Below, piece by piece: positions 50,444 through 63,770 of a stretch of 64,000 nt of DNA. The DNA is from Podarcis filfolensis. Taxonomy: Eukaryota. The first letter of the stretch is position 1. Every line of letters starts with the position of its first letter. Location of the stretch: the NCBI GenBank assembly GCA_964270895.1, contig OZ185443.1; one strand, written 5' to 3'. The notes below the pieces were generated by a model. It saw only the letters and a program-made list of their open reading frames with translations. It searched no databases and was not told where the DNA came from. The translations under genes were made by a program, and so were the position numbers.

Positions 50444-51419
50444 CCCATGTAACATGGGTTATTGGAAGAGGTCTTGTTGCTGCCATTTCTGTGGTCCCTT
50501 CTGCACCGTGGCTGGCAATGTCTATCCTTTCTGCCCATTTAACTATGTGGTTATATGCCACATAAGCAGCATCTGGGTAGATCGCTGCTCCGAGTCATGG
50601 AGCCTGAGAATTCCTCTGTTGTGATTCTTGCTTGCTTGCTTTTTCTTTTTTCTTTCACAAAGCACAGTGCAGGAATGTAGCTGCTCTAATCTTAGATGGG
50701 AAAGTTATTATGACAGTATAGCATCTGACATCCTCAAGCCTTCAGATACGGACCATTAAGTAGGCTTTAGTGTCTGTTTAGTGATATACATAAAGCTTTC
50801 AGCCACAGGAATCATCTGTGCTCATGAGGAATGAAATATACAGGCTTTTTTCATAAGCGACTTGTATGGATAGATCCATGTTTCAAGAAAGTACAAGGAT
50901 TCCATCCACCCCCAGTAGAGATTATCCTTGGGGAAAAGAAAAAAAACCTTAAAATGATGACTCCACCAGGGATATGCCATACTGTGGATTTTTTCCCCTT
51001 TCAATTTTATGAACTATCCATCTAAACTATTATACATGCCACACGCTTCTCTTTTCAGATGAAATGTGTAGTACTTTGGTGATAAACGAAGCATATCTTT
51101 AAAGTTATGTGAAATATACAGCTGGGAACTGAGAATATTTGCAGTTTGGAAAACAACCCATCATAGAGTCTTTTGTAATTGTTGCATAAATGTGATTTTT
51201 CATTGAACCTGAATATTGCATTTTCTAGGCCCCCTGAATATTTATCTAAGGTGGTAGGAACTAGTTGAGGTACGCAAACTATGGCCATCATACTTCCTGT
51301 CCAGTTGCAGGTAGTCTGCAATCACATGTATCTTATAAAGTGCTTTATTTATTACATGGGGATCTTTCCCAGTTTCAGCTGATGCATAGGGCTGCTGTTC
51401 AACATTATGCTTTCTACTA

Positions 51420-51658
51420 CAGTGGTACCTCGGGTTAATAACTTAATTCGTTCTGGAGGTCTGTTCTTAACCTGAAACTGTTCTTGACCTGAGGTACCAC
51501 TTTAGCTAATGAGGCCTCCCGCCGCTGCTGTGCCACTGCCACGTGATTTCTGTTCTCATCCTGAAGCAAAGTTCTTAACCCAAGGTACTATTTCTGGGTT
51601 AGCGGAGTCTGTAACCTGAAGCATTAACCCGAAGCGTATGTAACCTGAGGTACCACTG
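51420..51658. mobile_element. Tc1/mariner-type MITE (second copy of 22000-22225)
   Basis: TIRs cagtggtacctcgggtta / taacctgaggtaccactg with TA on both sides. Confidence 0.92.
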
Positions 51659-51871
51659 TACAGGGAAATTCTGTGCCAGCTACCCAGAAGTGAGATGCAT
51701 TAAGAAGTTCAAAGGGACTTATTCCATGTATAGGACTTCAGCTTAAACGTCACTCCAGCTAGCTTGGGAGAAGATACTACCTCATTTGACTCTTTTGGGT
51801 ACTTCCCTGTGATTAAACTCTGATGCAATACCATGTGTACAGTTCTATTTCTCTCTACAAGGAAAAAAATG

Positions 51872-51873
<2 letters not shown>

Positions 51874-51904
<31 letters not shown>
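51874..51904. repeat. (CA)n microsatellite
   Basis: Seen directly. Confidence 0.95.
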
Positions 51905-51907
<3 letters not shown>

Positions 51908-52049
51908 ATCCTATTCTTCCTCCAAGAAGACCAGGCTAGTGTATATGGTTATCCCCTTGTCCTGGGACCCTGCATTTCTTTCTTAAGCATAACTGCACCT
52001 CCATTCAGTCGAAATTCAGGCAAAGGCAAATGATGATATTGACGATGAC

Positions 52050-52160
52050 TTTGTTATATCTCACTCATTTGGCTGGGTTGCCCCAGCCACTCTGGGCAGC
52101 TTCCAACACATATAAAAACATAATAAAGCATCAAACGTTAAAAGCTTCCTGAAACATAAA
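52050..52160 (-). mobile_element. L2-type 3' tail fragment
   Basis: ggctgggttgccccagccactctgggcagcttcca is the reverse complement of the segment at 63720-63760. Confidence 0.55.
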
Positions 52161-52395
52161 GCAACTTGACTCATGATGCTTTTATTGTTACCAGATTAAA
52201 TTATATGATGGAAATGTAACAGTGAAGTTTTCAAATTTAGTAAAAAAAATAAAATTCAATAACTTTACTCATATCTGCAGAAAACTGTAGAGAGGGAATA
52301 TAGGTTTTGTGCAAAGTACAGAACATGTTGCTAAAGTGATACTTGTGTCCTGAAACGCAACTTGTGTTTTTGAAAAAAATGTATATTATGTACAT

Positions 52396-52528
52396 NNNNN
52401 NNNNNNNNNNNNNNNNNNNNNNNNNNNNNNNNNNNNNNNNNNNNNNNNNNNNNNNNNNNNNNNNNNNNNNNNNNNNNNNNNNNNNNNNNNNNNNNNNNNN
52501 NNNNNNNNNNNNNNNNNNNNNNNNNNNN
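52396..52528. other. Assembly gap (133 N)
   Basis: Run of N bases. Confidence 1.
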
Positions 52529-53859
52529 AGGGAAATTGAAACAGGCATTGTGGTCTCAGTTGAGCTTCGGTTAGATGGTTGCATGAATAAACCCCTTTAA
52601 CTGTTTGGCACAGTGCTCCGTCTTTGCTAAGATGAGAATGGGGACTCAATTACTCTGTTATCCCTAGAAAAGATGGCCTTTTCAGGTCTGGATTGTGGTG
52701 TGATGGAGCAGAACAGGGAATATCTACTAATGGAATAATAAAAGGATTTCTCCTACTCCCTACCCCCGCTTCTCCTTTCGGCTAATGAAACTCCTTGTGG
52801 GATTTTCATGGACTGAATAGCTGACATTAAAATGTGAAATCTTGAATGGGGAAGGATCATTAATAGGCATGGCAAATACATTCTCCCCCCTCCCCTGTCC
52901 AAATGTTTAGAAGCTAAAGAGCTAATTCTTTACCCTTTGCTGCATCTGTGCTTTGAAAATGGCAATGTGAATTCAAGTAGCTGTTGAAATGTCTAAACGG
53001 GTTACGAAATATTTCCAGCTGTGGGTCTACTTTGTCAGAAATAACTTTTAGCTTATGTGCTCTGTCCCATTGTTCAGTTCCCTTTAGGTAATTAAACTCA
53101 ATTTTAGATAGCATTAGAGCTAAATTATGTTGGTAATTATAGTACAATGATAAAACCCCAGGCTATTGATCCTAGTGATATTTGTACTTATCTTTTATTC
53201 AGTGCACTGTTTGAAAATGATTTATTACTGCCTTAGGCCATAGTTAGTGAAACGAAAGCTCTGAATTTAGAATATCTATTAATACCCATTGGGGATCCAA
53301 AAGGCTCTGTCTTCTATCTTTGTCCTAAGATCATAGTTACATATGTGATTGAATGGAGTAGGAAAGACTCTTTAGCCGCACTTTTTAACAAATAACCAAG
53401 GTGTCATCAGATTCTTTTTATGCACCATCTGTGCAGTTACAAAATTAGCGGCTCCAGACGGCGAAGAAAGAAAGCTATTTAAAATGGTCAGCAGCATTCT
53501 CTGTTATTGCATTCGTTTCAGACTAGTTAGATATGCCGTGCTGGTGGCGACATGTGCCGTTTTGTAGAGCTGGAAACCAAAGCTCTGCAGAATACACAGA
53601 CAGAGCTTTGCACAAGCAGAAACTTCAGTGTTAGGATACATGTGTATCCTTACCATGTCCTTTGTGGGATGTTCAAGCAATTACTCCTCTTCACACGCCA
53701 GCCGCAGGCACCAACGTGTTTGGTGGTTTTGCCCTTTTATATTGTTTTGATTCCTGCACTGTGCTTTTATTGTATGTTTCTTTTGTATTAGGAAAAGTTG
53801 TTAAAGTTTTGCTACTGTTGTGAGCAGCATGGAGCTCAACTTAGACCCCATCTGCAGTA

Positions 53860-54110
53860 CAGTCGTACCTCAGAAGTCAAACAGAATCTGTTCCGGAAGT
53901 CCGTTCGACTTCCAAAACATTTGACTTCCAAATCGTGGCTTCTGATTGGCTGCAGAAAGCTCCTGCAGCCAATCGGAAGCTGCAGAAGCCCCGTCGGATG
54001 TTCAGCTTCCAAAAGAACGTTAAAAAACCGGAACACTCATTTCCGGTTTTCAATCGTTCGGGAGTCAGAAGGTTTGACTCCCAAGGCATTCAGGAGCCGA
54101 GGTACGACTA
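53860..54110. mobile_element. Tc1/mariner-type MITE with internal hairpin
   Basis: TIRs cagtcgtacctc / gaggtacgact(a), TA on both sides; internal palindrome gcttctgattggctgcag...ctgcagccaatcggaagc. Confidence 0.85.
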
Positions 54111-55367
54111 TATACTTTAAAGCAGAACAGGCATGGCTCCCTGCAAAGAATTCCCCTTTCAGTGTGGTTTAACAGTCAATCCCTCTTCACTGGGAACTCT
54201 GGGAATTGTAGCTGTGGGAAGGGAATCAAAGTCTCTCCTAACCTCTCTCAGCACCCTTTACAAACTGCATTTCCCAGGATTCTTTGCAGGAAGCCATGGC
54301 TGTTTAAAGTGGCATGATACTGATTTAAATGTATAGTGCAGATGGGTGCCACAGTTGCTGGAAAGCTGTCATATTAAATCAAAATCAATGTGGAGTTGCT
54401 CCCTATAAGGGGAATCTTGGGCAAACATGAATTATGTGCAGGTTGATAGCAGGAGGCATGGCTCTTGGGCTGAGTGACAGAGGGCAGAACTACACGACTC
54501 GCCTCAAGTATTCACCTTAAAATGTGTCTAAAAATGGATGAATCTGTCCATTTCAGTTCATGGTTTATTTATTTTAAAAGACCGCATGAAAATCCATTGG
54601 CATTTTAGTGCATCCCTCCCTAAAATTTTGCCTAATATACAAATTTTTGCAGAACAGTTTCCCATAACATTATGCCTTGGACGGGTTGTTCTTTTCATTA
54701 ATATCCACATTTGTGTGCACAGTTTGACCCAGTACACGCACATATATATTTACACATTACTTGGCTGGAGAATAGCAACAGTTGGAAAATCTTGGAGAAT
54801 GGCCGTATCTTTGTTCTTATATTGTTTTGGGAAGTGCTAATGAAGAGGGTTTGCTTTTAAATATGAACTGAATCAAAATTCTTGCCCAGCCCTATGTATG
54901 TAAGAGTTCATCTGACCGCACCCTCTTAGTATATGTCCTAATGTTGAAGAAAATATTGCCCTTCCTTCTCCTGTATAATTCTCCCCCAGTGGAGAAGTTC
55001 TTAATTGTGCACTGGGTATGCTGCATAAAGAAATGTTTTATTTCTAGTGATACCAAAAGTTAATAAATCTTCAAAACAGACAAGGCAAGCTCTCCTTCAC
55101 GCCACACATAATTTATGGAACTCTCTACCAGAATATATGGTAATGACTACTAGCTTTGATGACTCTAAAAGATAAGTTCACCATGGGAAACCACCGTCTG
55201 GTGAGGCAACTAGAGGAAGGCAATGTCTTCTGTTCATTCCCCTGTTTGTGGTCTTTGCAGAGGCAGCCTGTGGGAAATGGGATACTGGGTAGAAGGACCT
55301 TTGGTCTGATGCAGTAGCAAACACGTTGTCAGTCAGAAAAAGAAATTGGGTGCACTATCAATATTCC

Positions 55368-55505
55368 CAGTGTTATTTTTCTAGCGAAAGAGGTGCTGGA
55401 GATCACCATGAACTTCTCCCTTGTTCTCTTAGAATGGCAATGGGGCCCACCTAAGAGGTGCCAGAGCTGAGCTCCAGTGAGTTCTGGCTGGGGGGGGGAG
55501 CCCTG
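55368..55505. mobile_element. hAT-type MITE
   Basis: Starts cagtgttattttt, ends gagccctg; 8-bp TSD aatattcc / aatagtcc; same family as 5341-5480. Confidence 0.75.
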
Positions 55506-55959
55506 AATAGTCCTCTGTTTGTTAACAAAAACCAGCATTCCCTTGTGGAAACTACAGGGCATTGACAACTTTTAGTGAACATCTTGAAATCCTGTTAAGT
55601 TCCTTTTTGACTTGAAAAGTCTTCAAGAAATGTTTTGACATGAATCAGATCAATAATTTTGTTCCAAGTCAAGCGGACATACAAGTGCACTGATGAGTTA
55701 TGTTGACAAACTACATTTTGTGTTTTATGGTTTTGCAATGGCAGTCAAGGATAAGAAACCCGTTGCCCACTGTAGCAGAAGCAGAAAGAGAGAGCATGGG
55801 AGACTTGAGGACATGGATGCTGCATTCTGCTGATTTAGCCCCTCGATCCATCTAGCTTTGTATTTTTGACATAGTGACATAGGCTGGCCATTGTGAGCAC
55901 GGGGTGCTAGACTAGATAGGCCACTTGCCTCATCCAGCAGTTTATTCTCATGCTCTTAC

Positions 55960-56094
55960 AACCCTGACGAGCAGTGGGTCGCCAGAGTGTCAGAAAGGTA
56001 TCATTCCCATTCCTATCTGGAGATACCAGGGTTTGAGCCTGGGGCCTTTTTCATACAAAGCAGGTACTCAATTGCTGAGCTCCTTCTCCTTCCC
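55960..56094 (-). mobile_element. tRNA-derived SINE (not Sauria type), 5' part
   Basis: Minus strand gggaaggagaaggagctcagcaattgagtacctgctttgtatgaaaaaggccccaggctcaaaccctggtatctccag shows degenerate A and B boxes in tRNA spacing. Confidence 0.55.
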
Positions 56095-59000
56095 TGTTAG
56101 AGGAGTGACTGTTTAATGCTTTGATAACTGGCACAGGAAGGCCTCACCCATAAGGCAGTGAGTGGGCTTCCTGAATTGCTGCATGGCCAGAGCAGTAACA
56201 GCAGCACTGAAGGCATTTCGGAACAACTGCGGGGATTACTCTGGAACTCCAGTGGAGATGCAAAATTCAGCGTACAAACAAAATCAGGTATGCTCAAATG
56301 TAGTTAGATCTGCCTGAATGAGCTAGCCTTCTTTCATAACTTCATAATATTTGATAGTTGATGACAACATGGTGATATTTAATGGGGTAATGGCTGACTG
56401 TTGCAGTTCATAGATTACGAGCAGCACACTTATGAGCCCTGTTTCCCACTGTCAGTGCTGGGCTACCTATAACCACTTGACGCAATAAAGGTTCAAATCA
56501 GTTCCATAACTATCTTCTTACTCTTCTTTCTTTGCTATTGGAAGGTGAGCCTGACCTGAACACAAGGTTGGAAGCGCTAGCTCATTTAACTGACAATCAA
56601 CGTTTTTCTTAGCCTCCTTTGATTTGATTTGGCTACAATCACAAGTCCACTTACCTGAAAGTGAGCCCCATTGAATTCTGTAGGACTTATATCTATCCAG
56701 ATTAAACTGTGAGGGTCCAATCGCATACCCACCAACCTGGCAGAAAGTCCTCAGTGGGACTCACTTCTGCATGGGCATGCATAGGATCACCTTCACTACC
56801 AGTCATGTGTGTGGTATGTAGGATAGCCATTCAAGTCTTACAAGACAGGCAGAACATAGGGAGGAAGGACTGAGACCCCATAGAAGCAATAACAAAGCAA
56901 TATCAGTTCCTCTAATAGCAAAATTTGTTTGTGGGTGCTGATAGGACTAGAGACAAAAGAGGGGTTACTAAGAAACAGGAGGGAGGCATGCTTGGGGAGA
57001 CCCCAAGATTGCAAGAGTACCAAAAATATTTAAAGGGGACCCCCCAAAAAAAATAGTTTAAGGAGAACTGAGCATTTTCAGTTGCCACAGAACACTGATT
57101 TTTTGGGTGGGTGGGTGTAAAATAGGTGGGAAGACAGAATGAAATGAAGACTATACTAGACAGTGTGAGATGGTAATTATCCATAAGATCAATACGTCTG
57201 TCTGTCAGTAATAGGAAAACAGATATTTAAATATGTACATTGTAAAGTGTTAGTACATTCAGAACAAGAACCCTTGAAACGTGTACCTGCCTTTTGTGGA
57301 AATTTCTTGGCTGAATGTAAACAAGGAAATTGACATATTGGACAAAACCTGAATCTTTATTAAGAAGGAAATATTACTCAGTGTAGTTTCCTGGAATAGT
57401 CGTAAATATTTTGAGGTTCCTTGGTATATCTGCTAGTTTTTCTTATGCAGCCTCCTCATTTTGGGCAATAGAAATCCCAGGAAACAACTTTTCATTACAG
57501 AAATCTCAGTGTTATGGAATATTTTCATTAATTTAGCAGTACAGAAACACTCTGTTACCACTAGTCAGTTAATGAAGGGAGTTAATGGTAAGCAAGCATA
57601 CATTTTATAAATATTTGCTCAACTCCGGGACTTAGCTTCAAAATGAAACTGATGACATACTTTTTGTGACATGCCAGTGAATATATTTCATTGGTCCTTT
57701 CTGACAGCTATGAGGAGTAAAATTAAATCTCTCAACAGGAGTTTTAATGAAGTCTGATGGGACTAGTGCATTACCAACATAGTATTCCTAAGGCTAGCCT
57801 TTGGCTCCTATCTATATCAAGAATATGTTTAATTAGTTAGCTACCTTATACAACCGTGCAGGTTTTATTTAAAAAAAAAACCCACATAACTTTACTGAAT
57901 CAATATCATCTACATTATTTTGAAAATTATGCGCTTGGTTTTACTGCTTTTTAGAATAACGAAAGACACTTCAGAACATGATATGTGACACACTGCTACG
58001 TTGTGTGCTGAATTTAGTAATAACGTTTTAAAATATTATTGGTACTTTAAGGTCAAAGAGTAGACCAGAGGGAGAACGGTCTTTCCTCTCATCTGAGCTC
58101 TACACACCACCTCCAAGGGGCCAGAGCAGAACACTGTGAAAACACACCACCTTTGTGAGTCCCTTCCTCCCACACACCAGTACACATTGACACAGAAAAT
58201 TCACTTTCTGCGGTGTTTACATTTTCCAGTGCACAACACAATGTGCACATCTTTCCATATAACGACATTCCATATAGGACAATGACGTTTTCCTTTCCTT
58301 TCTTGCTTGTAATCATACCAAAAGTTATTATTAATTTCCAGACTTCTCTCAGCCAGTCATTAACAATTAGGTGTGTATTTCTCTTCCTCCCCGCCCCCCT
58401 TTTTGGGCTAGCATTAGTATCACAGATATTAGGAGGCTGCTAATTAGCAAGAGCTGTCTTAGCAGAACCTGTCTTCTGTTCACGGCTCATTTGTGCTATC
58501 CCTACCAACAGCATGAAAGGAGATGTTGATGCGGAGAACCTACACTTAGCATTTGGGTTGCAAGCTCAGTGCACCTGCTAAAGATTTAACTGCATCTTGA
58601 TCTATGTCATTACAGAATAACCTAAGACAGGAGGAATAGTGTGCTGCACTGTTGCTGCTGTTGTTGTTGTTAGACCAGCTTCAACCTGAGTTCACAGGGT
58701 GGTGTACAAAAGTACAGTAAAATAAAACACAAGATCAACAACAAAACGGCAAAGCCATCCTACTTACTATTATTCCTCCTACCATGAACACTCTTTCCAG
58801 TTCAAGTCATAACCTGGAGTAACATAGGAAGTTACTCCCGCCATTGGTCCATCTGGCTCACTATTGCCTCTGTCCCAGGCATGAGGAATGTCAGCTTGGC
58901 GGCCAAATGTGGCCCTGCAGACCTCTGTATTGGGTCCTCCGGACCCTACACATGCCATAGCCCTTCTTCACGCACACAGACCCTCTCGCTAACCCACACC

Positions 59001-59129
59001 TTTCCCCAGCTCTGCTTCAAACTCTCCTTGAATGTTTTTGCTTGCCTGAAGTGTGTCCTTGAACTCCAATGATCCTGAAAAGGGTCCTTTCCCCACTGGC
59101 TGGCAGACACTTGCTTGGCTTTCAAACAG

Positions 59130-59330
59130 CGGTCTGTACAAGATTGAACCTGAGACTGAACCTGGGAACCTGTTGCCCAGCAATATCCCTTACTGAGGTG
59201 GTCTCTGGCATGGCATTCAGGGAACCCAGGATGATAGTTCTGGGTGACTTCAGTATTCATCCGGAGGCAGCCATGGGGTGTCATGGCCTCCATAATAACC
59301 GTGGAGCTGTATCAAATGGTGTTGCAGTTT
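59130..59330 (+). mobile_element. L2 LINE endonuclease fragment
   Basis: SLTEVVSGMAFREPRMIVLGDFSIH matches the APE-domain GDFN motif context of squamate L2. Confidence 0.65.
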
Positions 59331-61929
59331 GTCTACATAAGCTTCCAGGGACATGTATCTTGCTTAGTCGAGCGAAACAGCAGGAAAGTGTTTATTCTGA
59401 AAGGAGAAGGAAAGTCCAGGCTCTCTGCGTACAGGTACTGTCAGATTTGCTGCAGGTTTTTGTTATTTTGTTATTTTGCTAAAAGGAATGTAGTTCAGGA
59501 GGGCAAAATGCCTTAGGGAAGAGTGTTTTCTGAATGCCTTTTGCCTACTCACGGCTAGAGTTGTTTAAGTTGTTTTCTGTGAAATTCCATTCAGAGAACT
59601 GAAACCTGTCACTACTCCCTGAAATTTACTATGGCTCCATAGGATATCTTCAGATCCTTCACCGCTAGAATTCAATAGTCATAAACACTTTGAATGGTAG
59701 GCCTGTTTGAGATGGGGCATGGGGGACAATTGCCTTGGGCCTCACACATGCATGAGGGGGGCTTCACCTCAATACTGACATTGCTACGTTGTCAACTCAT
59801 TTTCTCCCATAATTTTCCTAACTTCTCCCAGAATCCCAGTAATTTCCATAAATTGAATAGGGTGGGCTTTCTTTAAAAAGTTTTAGATGATGACATGGTG
59901 AAATTGGCTGAGAAGGTATGTGTCATCTGGAACACGAGACCACAACATCCACAGGCCTATTCTATGTACCAACCACTCTGTAATTGTTGTGATTTCTCTG
60001 CCCCACTTTGTCCATTTTTCTCCTGTTACAATTTCAGAAATGATGGTACACCTAGCATTGATAAAAGAGCCAAGCAGCAATCCTATACCTATTTACCTGG
60101 GTGAAAGCACACAACTTAGTAGGACTTGCTTTTCACTAGACATGTATAGGATTACACTGTCAGAGGATAATTTGCAATTTATCTATGGCTACATCACTAA
60201 TGTTTCCTATTTCTCTGTTTGAATGCTGAATCTGCCCCTCCTCTACACTCTAGGCGAAAATGAATACAAAGAGGTAGCAATTAGAAGCAAAATGATGAGA
60301 AGTAGGTTCATATGCTCTCTACAAATTAATTGTGAATATTTATAATCTGATATTATGAAGCTATAACTATTTTCCCAGTAATTTATGCACTTGGATAAAA
60401 GCTCCCTGGGAGAGAGCACACTGAAATCTATAATGTTTTTCTTTAAAAAATTATTTTACAGACATATGTTGTATAATGAAGTTCATATAACACCTTGGTG
60501 ATTAAATAAAGCATCAGCCCCTTCATTCTTTTTTTCACCTCATTAAGCATTTTACAGCTGCAGCTAATGAGAGAAAATAATCAATAATTCTGAGACAATT
60601 GAAATGGACTCTTGTTAAGCTCGGGTCATAGACTGAATCTACAAATTCTGCTTTCAAATTATAATTTACATTTTCCTCTCACATCAGGGGCATATGTAAT
60701 GTAACACCTTAGCACAGCTGAAATAAAGATTTAACAAAATCACTTCATCAGAGTACATCCAGACCACATTGAAAATTGTGTTGTATTTTCACAGAGTGAA
60801 TTGCAGAAACTGACAGGAGTGTTTTAAACAAGAGGAAATATACTATCTCTGCAAGACTGCTTATTTTTCCAACCAGAAGCTGTCCTCAAAAGCTTTAGAG
60901 AGCTTTTAGGAGGAGCAGAAGCAGAGGCTATAAACCTGCCAGGCAGTTTGGGATGGGAGATCATCATGGAAGCCTTCCCAATGCCATTGGAATTAGCCAT
61001 GCAGCCTCTGGTACCTGTACCAGGAAACACTGACCCATTAATTAATGTTGTCCCTCCACCTGCACAACTATTCTCTTTCGTGGTGTGTGTGTTTATATTC
61101 TTCCCTTATATATTGTTCTCAAGTATGTGTCATGTCAGCTCATCAATACGAAATAGTTGTTTTTAGCAGAGTCATTTTACTTGGCACACACACTCTAGAT
61201 TTACACAAAGGTTTCTCTCTCTCTGAGCCCAGTGTGGGGCCTTTGCTTCCAAGTCCTTGCTGTGTTTAAGCCTTCAGCCAAGTTCTAAGTTCAGTTGTTT
61301 TGAAAACCCATGACCACAGATTATAGGTACTATCCAGTGCTGTATCCTCTGCTGATGGAATGCATTCTTCAGTAGAACAGGGAGAGAGGCAATTTCCAGT
61401 GATTCCTTCTCCAACCTGCAGCTTTCTGTGTCACCCCCCCCCCAAAAAAAAAGCTGAAGGGTTGGGGGACACAGGGGGCAGCAGGAAGGAGAAGGAAGTA
61501 GCAAAATTTGCTTCCCTCCAGGTTCTGTTGATAGATGCCTTCTGCAAACTAAGAAGGTAGTGTTGGATACTGTGTGCTTGTTTAACTATTACTTTACTGG
61601 TTTATCACTATTTTATTTACTATTCCTTTATAACAAATGAATTTTAAATCAATTATAAATAATAACTCATTCATACATTCATTCATACATGTAATACATG
61701 TTATGTTAACAATGATACACAAGTAGCCATATTCATTATAAAAATATATTTACAAATAAACATCAACAGCATTATGTTATTGATTCACTTGTTCTATTGT
61801 CCACATACACCTTCTTCTTCCTTCTCATTCTTATTGTCACTATTAAATTAGAATTGTACATATAAAAATAAAGGGAGGTGTGGACTAAGTTTTATCTAAA
61901 ACAATCAGATCTTGTTTGCTGTTGGGGAA

Positions 61930-63200
61930 CACCACAATTCTCAAGGGGAAATTGTATAAAGGGACACCAAATTTCCAAAAATGCATTTCTTCTCCCATTT
62001 GAAGCTTATGTTCTTAAATAAGATGCCAATTTAACCAACACAACAAAGTCTAATGTATTATTAAATCAATATTTCTAGTGAGGTAGTACTAAAACTATCA
62101 ATTTTGGGGGAAGAAACACTGTTGCTTGTGCTTTTATAGTTGTTTATGCTCCCCTTTTCCGTGATATGATATTTTGTAAACCACTTGGAGGTTTTGTTTT
62201 GCTTTTTACCATCAAGCAGCATAAAAGTTTTAATAAATACATAAATAGTAACAATGGAGGGTCTTGCAGTACATTGTTAAAATAATGACCACAATTTTGA
62301 ATTATAATCTTATTCCACTAGTTTTGTGCATGTGAACAAGTCCAGCACATTGGAAAATATGTTTCACATTCTTTTTTTATACCTCCAACACATTTTAGCA
62401 TTTATCCATCACACCAATAATTACAGGAGTTAGGTACTAACTTGATGTGGTTGAAAGCAATTGTCTCTTATGTTCCCATTTACACTGACTTTATATCTCT
62501 CCCCCCCCATAGCTTTTCCCATGTTTCCATAGGAATATTACTCCCAATATCTTGAGCTCATTTTTTCATGTACTCCGCTTGTTCTTGTTCACAATCTTTT
62601 TCACAAAAGATGATATATTTTAGATATCTGTTGTTTCTTTATAAATTTTAGAACTATTTCCCATACTTGAAAATACTCAAATGGTTGTGTTCTTCAGGAA
62701 CATAAAATGTTCAGTCATATTCCCACTTCTTATGCAATCCTTGCAATCTAAACAAATTAATTTATTCTCCAGTTTTTAAAACTGTAATCTGACTGCAACT
62801 CATCTGATACTGATTGCAAAGGAGAGATGGTTGGGTTTACCAGACATTCATACTAATCTTTAGTCAATTGGATATGAGAAATTATTTTTAACTTCTGTTA
62901 TCAATTAACTATATCCCTCCACAACATTTTATGTAATGGTTTTGTCAATATTTTCCCCTTATATTTCCGTTTTTCTGAATGCATTTCAATTGTCAGCAAA
63001 TTAAGTGAATATTTTATTTATTTTGAAAAAGCCAACACTATATTCCAGACAAGTTATGCTAAATTTTGTTTTGTGCTCACTATGACATTACTTTCTTGGG
63101 TGCTCTATAAACTGTTGATCATTTAACCCATATCACTAACAGGATAACGGTTAGGATACTGAAAGTCTAAGTGAAACAAGACTGTAAAGTGTGAACTTTG
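61930..63200 (-). mobile_element. L1 LINE ORF2 3' region (degenerate), interrupted by a short insertion
   Basis: Minus strand gives YLTPV...CWRYKKK...(62.3-62.4 kb; cysteine-rich C-terminal region) and DFVVLVKLASYLRT...FLEIWCPFIQF (about 62.0 kb; ORF2 end); A-rich on the minus strand throughout. Boundaries approximate. Confidence 0.62.
62125..62247 (+). mobile_element. L2-type 3' tail inserted within the L1 relic
   Basis: attttgtaaaccacttggagg...atcaagcagcataaaagttttaataaatacataaata resembles the tail at 45.2 kb and is in opposite orientation to the L1. Confidence 0.45.
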
Positions 63201-63687
63201 TGACAGATTCTCAGATTCAATACTTAAAGAAAGAAAGAGAGAGAGAAGATATGCCTGAAGTCAGACATTTGAGACTAGGCATTTCGAGGCAATTTGGTTT
63301 TATGGGTTAGATAGGGGCACAAATGTTCAAATGGAGGGGAGGTCCTCTAAGGAATGTTGGCAAATGACAGTTCAGATTCATCAGTATTTATAGCATTAAT
63401 GTTATATAGCATGTTATATAGTGGATTGACCTTTTCTACAACAAATGGCACTAAAATTGATGGTCCTGATCTGTGTAATGTGTGCATGCTTTGTGTTTCA
63501 TAGTGATAATGCTGATTTACGTTTAGATCTAAAAGGAATGTAACAAAAGTGATAGCTTCAGGGGGAAACTATAGCCAATGTGGTGAACTCTGTGTATAAT
63601 AATAGACTGGGTTACCATAGTAAACTAACTCATATGCTTTAGTTGACTAGTTTTAATTAACACTTTAATTCATAGGGAAGCTTTTTT

Positions 63688-63770
63688 AAGGTTTAATGTT
63701 TTACTATGTCTTTATATTTGCTGGAAGCTGCCCAGAGTAGCTGGGGCACCCAGTCAGATGGGCGGGGTAC
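63688..63770 (+). mobile_element. L2-type 3' tail fragment
   Basis: ggtttaatgttttac...ggaagctgcccagagtagctggggcacccagtcagatgggcggggta; the counterpart of 52050-52160. Confidence 0.55.

Noticed and set aside
50096-50624. Cluster of six overlapping ORFs
   Set aside because: Explained by the GC-rich hAT MITE at 50156-50443, where stop codons are rare.
52237-52649. ORFs of 85-115 aa
   Set aside because: Artefacts of translating through the N gap.
55560-55720. Possible hAT transposase dimerisation-domain remnant on the minus strand
   Set aside because: Similarity is too weak to call by eye; it needs an HMM search with the hAT C-terminal dimerisation profile.
57975-58015. ATGATAT...CTGA resembling a box C/D snoRNA
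   Set aside because: Imperfect C box, only about 40 nt long, and no terminal stem.
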